Assembly (NCBI GenBank): GCA_044892525.1
Contig: CM097888.1
Span: 52,142,001-52,206,000, forward strand
DNA: 64,000 nt
Direction: 5' to 3'
Source of the DNA: Schmidtea polychroa
Taxonomy: Eukaryota
Shown one piece after another: positions 63,228 through 64,000 of the stretch (position 1 is the first letter of the stretch; the number at the start of each line of letters is the position of its first letter). The translations under genes and the position numbers were made by a program. The notes under the pieces were generated by a model. The model was not told where the DNA came from. It worked only from the letters and a program-made list of their open reading frames with translations, and searched no databases.

Positions 63228-63819
63228 GCAGGGATGGGCCCTTATTTCCAAGTTAATCCACACTTCCCATAATATTTAAATTATTTTTCAAAAAATTTGA
63301 GCAGGGATTTGTTTGTATTTCTAGTTCTAACCTATGTTTGACCAAAGTTACTTCCAGCGACGGACCCGTGGAGAAGCCTCCACATTTCGGCCAAAAATCA
63401 GCTGAGTGATTGAAAAATCAGTCTACCCTCCAGCCTGAGCATCCGAAAGGTACCCCACGCCATGGTATGCTGAATTTCCACTACACTGTAACTATTCTTC
63501 ACAATTAATAAACATAAAAATTTAAACCCAACACAAATTATTATTCAAAACTTAAAAACTAAATGAAAATTAAACAATTAAACAACTAACCTAAATTGAA
63601 TATAAAATTTATTTAGCTTAAAACATTTAGAGATTGGGATTTCTCAACTTTTTTCATTTCTCGAGAATCCGAGAGTCTCGTTTTTTGCAATATTATGATT
63701 CTCGAGAAAGCGAGAGTCTCGTTCAAGAAATTTCAGGACCCGGGAAATTTCCCGAGAAATTAAAGAATCTGAAATAGTTTATAAAAAATGAGAAAACAAG
63801 AAAATTTCAAAGAAAAAAA
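63228..63819 (-). repeat. 592-bp inverted copy of 45382-45973 (ZBED-hAT end plus 400-bp outer segment)
   Basis: Only two substitutions seen by eye over 592 bp. Confidence 0.92.
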
Positions 63820-64000
63820 TTGTATTCAAATAAAACTAACACTATTCACTACAAAACTAAAAAATATATAGCAAAAATAGAAAAGTTAATACATCATATG
63901 ATATTATACCAAATATACCACAAAAACAAATATAATATTTTTTATTTATTGATATTTGTGAAATAAAATTTTAAAAAACAAAGTACATCAATTGCTTTGT

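Overview
AT-rich eukaryotic (animal) genomic DNA with two short assembly gaps; no rRNA, tRNA gene or CRISPR array was found. The host content is a head-to-tail pair of apparently intact, minus-strand, 8-exon genes encoding 12-TM Dispatched-like (RND/sterol-sensing-domain) proteins: gene A (7287-28458, 937 aa) and gene B (30262-59018, 933 aa). I reconstructed both exon by exon, and all GT-AG introns sit at identical positions and phases. Most of the remaining sequence is transposon-derived and was inserted independently into the introns of each paralog: four Ty3/Gypsy copies of one lineage, several hAT elements (ZMYM/DUF4371-type, ZBED-type, Buster/Charlie), Tigger/pogo, Tc1/mariner, MULE and piggyBac remnants, and MITEs. 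Highlights: (1) both paralogs carry GxxxDN rather than GxxxDD in TM4, have strongly diverged extracellular loops, a paralog-specific furin-like site and a near-identical TM4-5 tract; (2) a hAT element carries a captured TRAF/MATH-domain fragment; (3) a four-layer Buster/Gypsy/hAT nest has three LTRs that can be explained by recombination between two Gypsy copies; (4) a 592-bp hAT end plus flank is duplicated in inverted orientation 17 kb away; (5) the Gypsy gag start codon is built across the LTR/PBS junction. The 45-72 nt mini-introns, the high AT content and the TRAF fragment suggest a flatworm such as a planarian; this is an inference only. All alignments and counts were done by eye.
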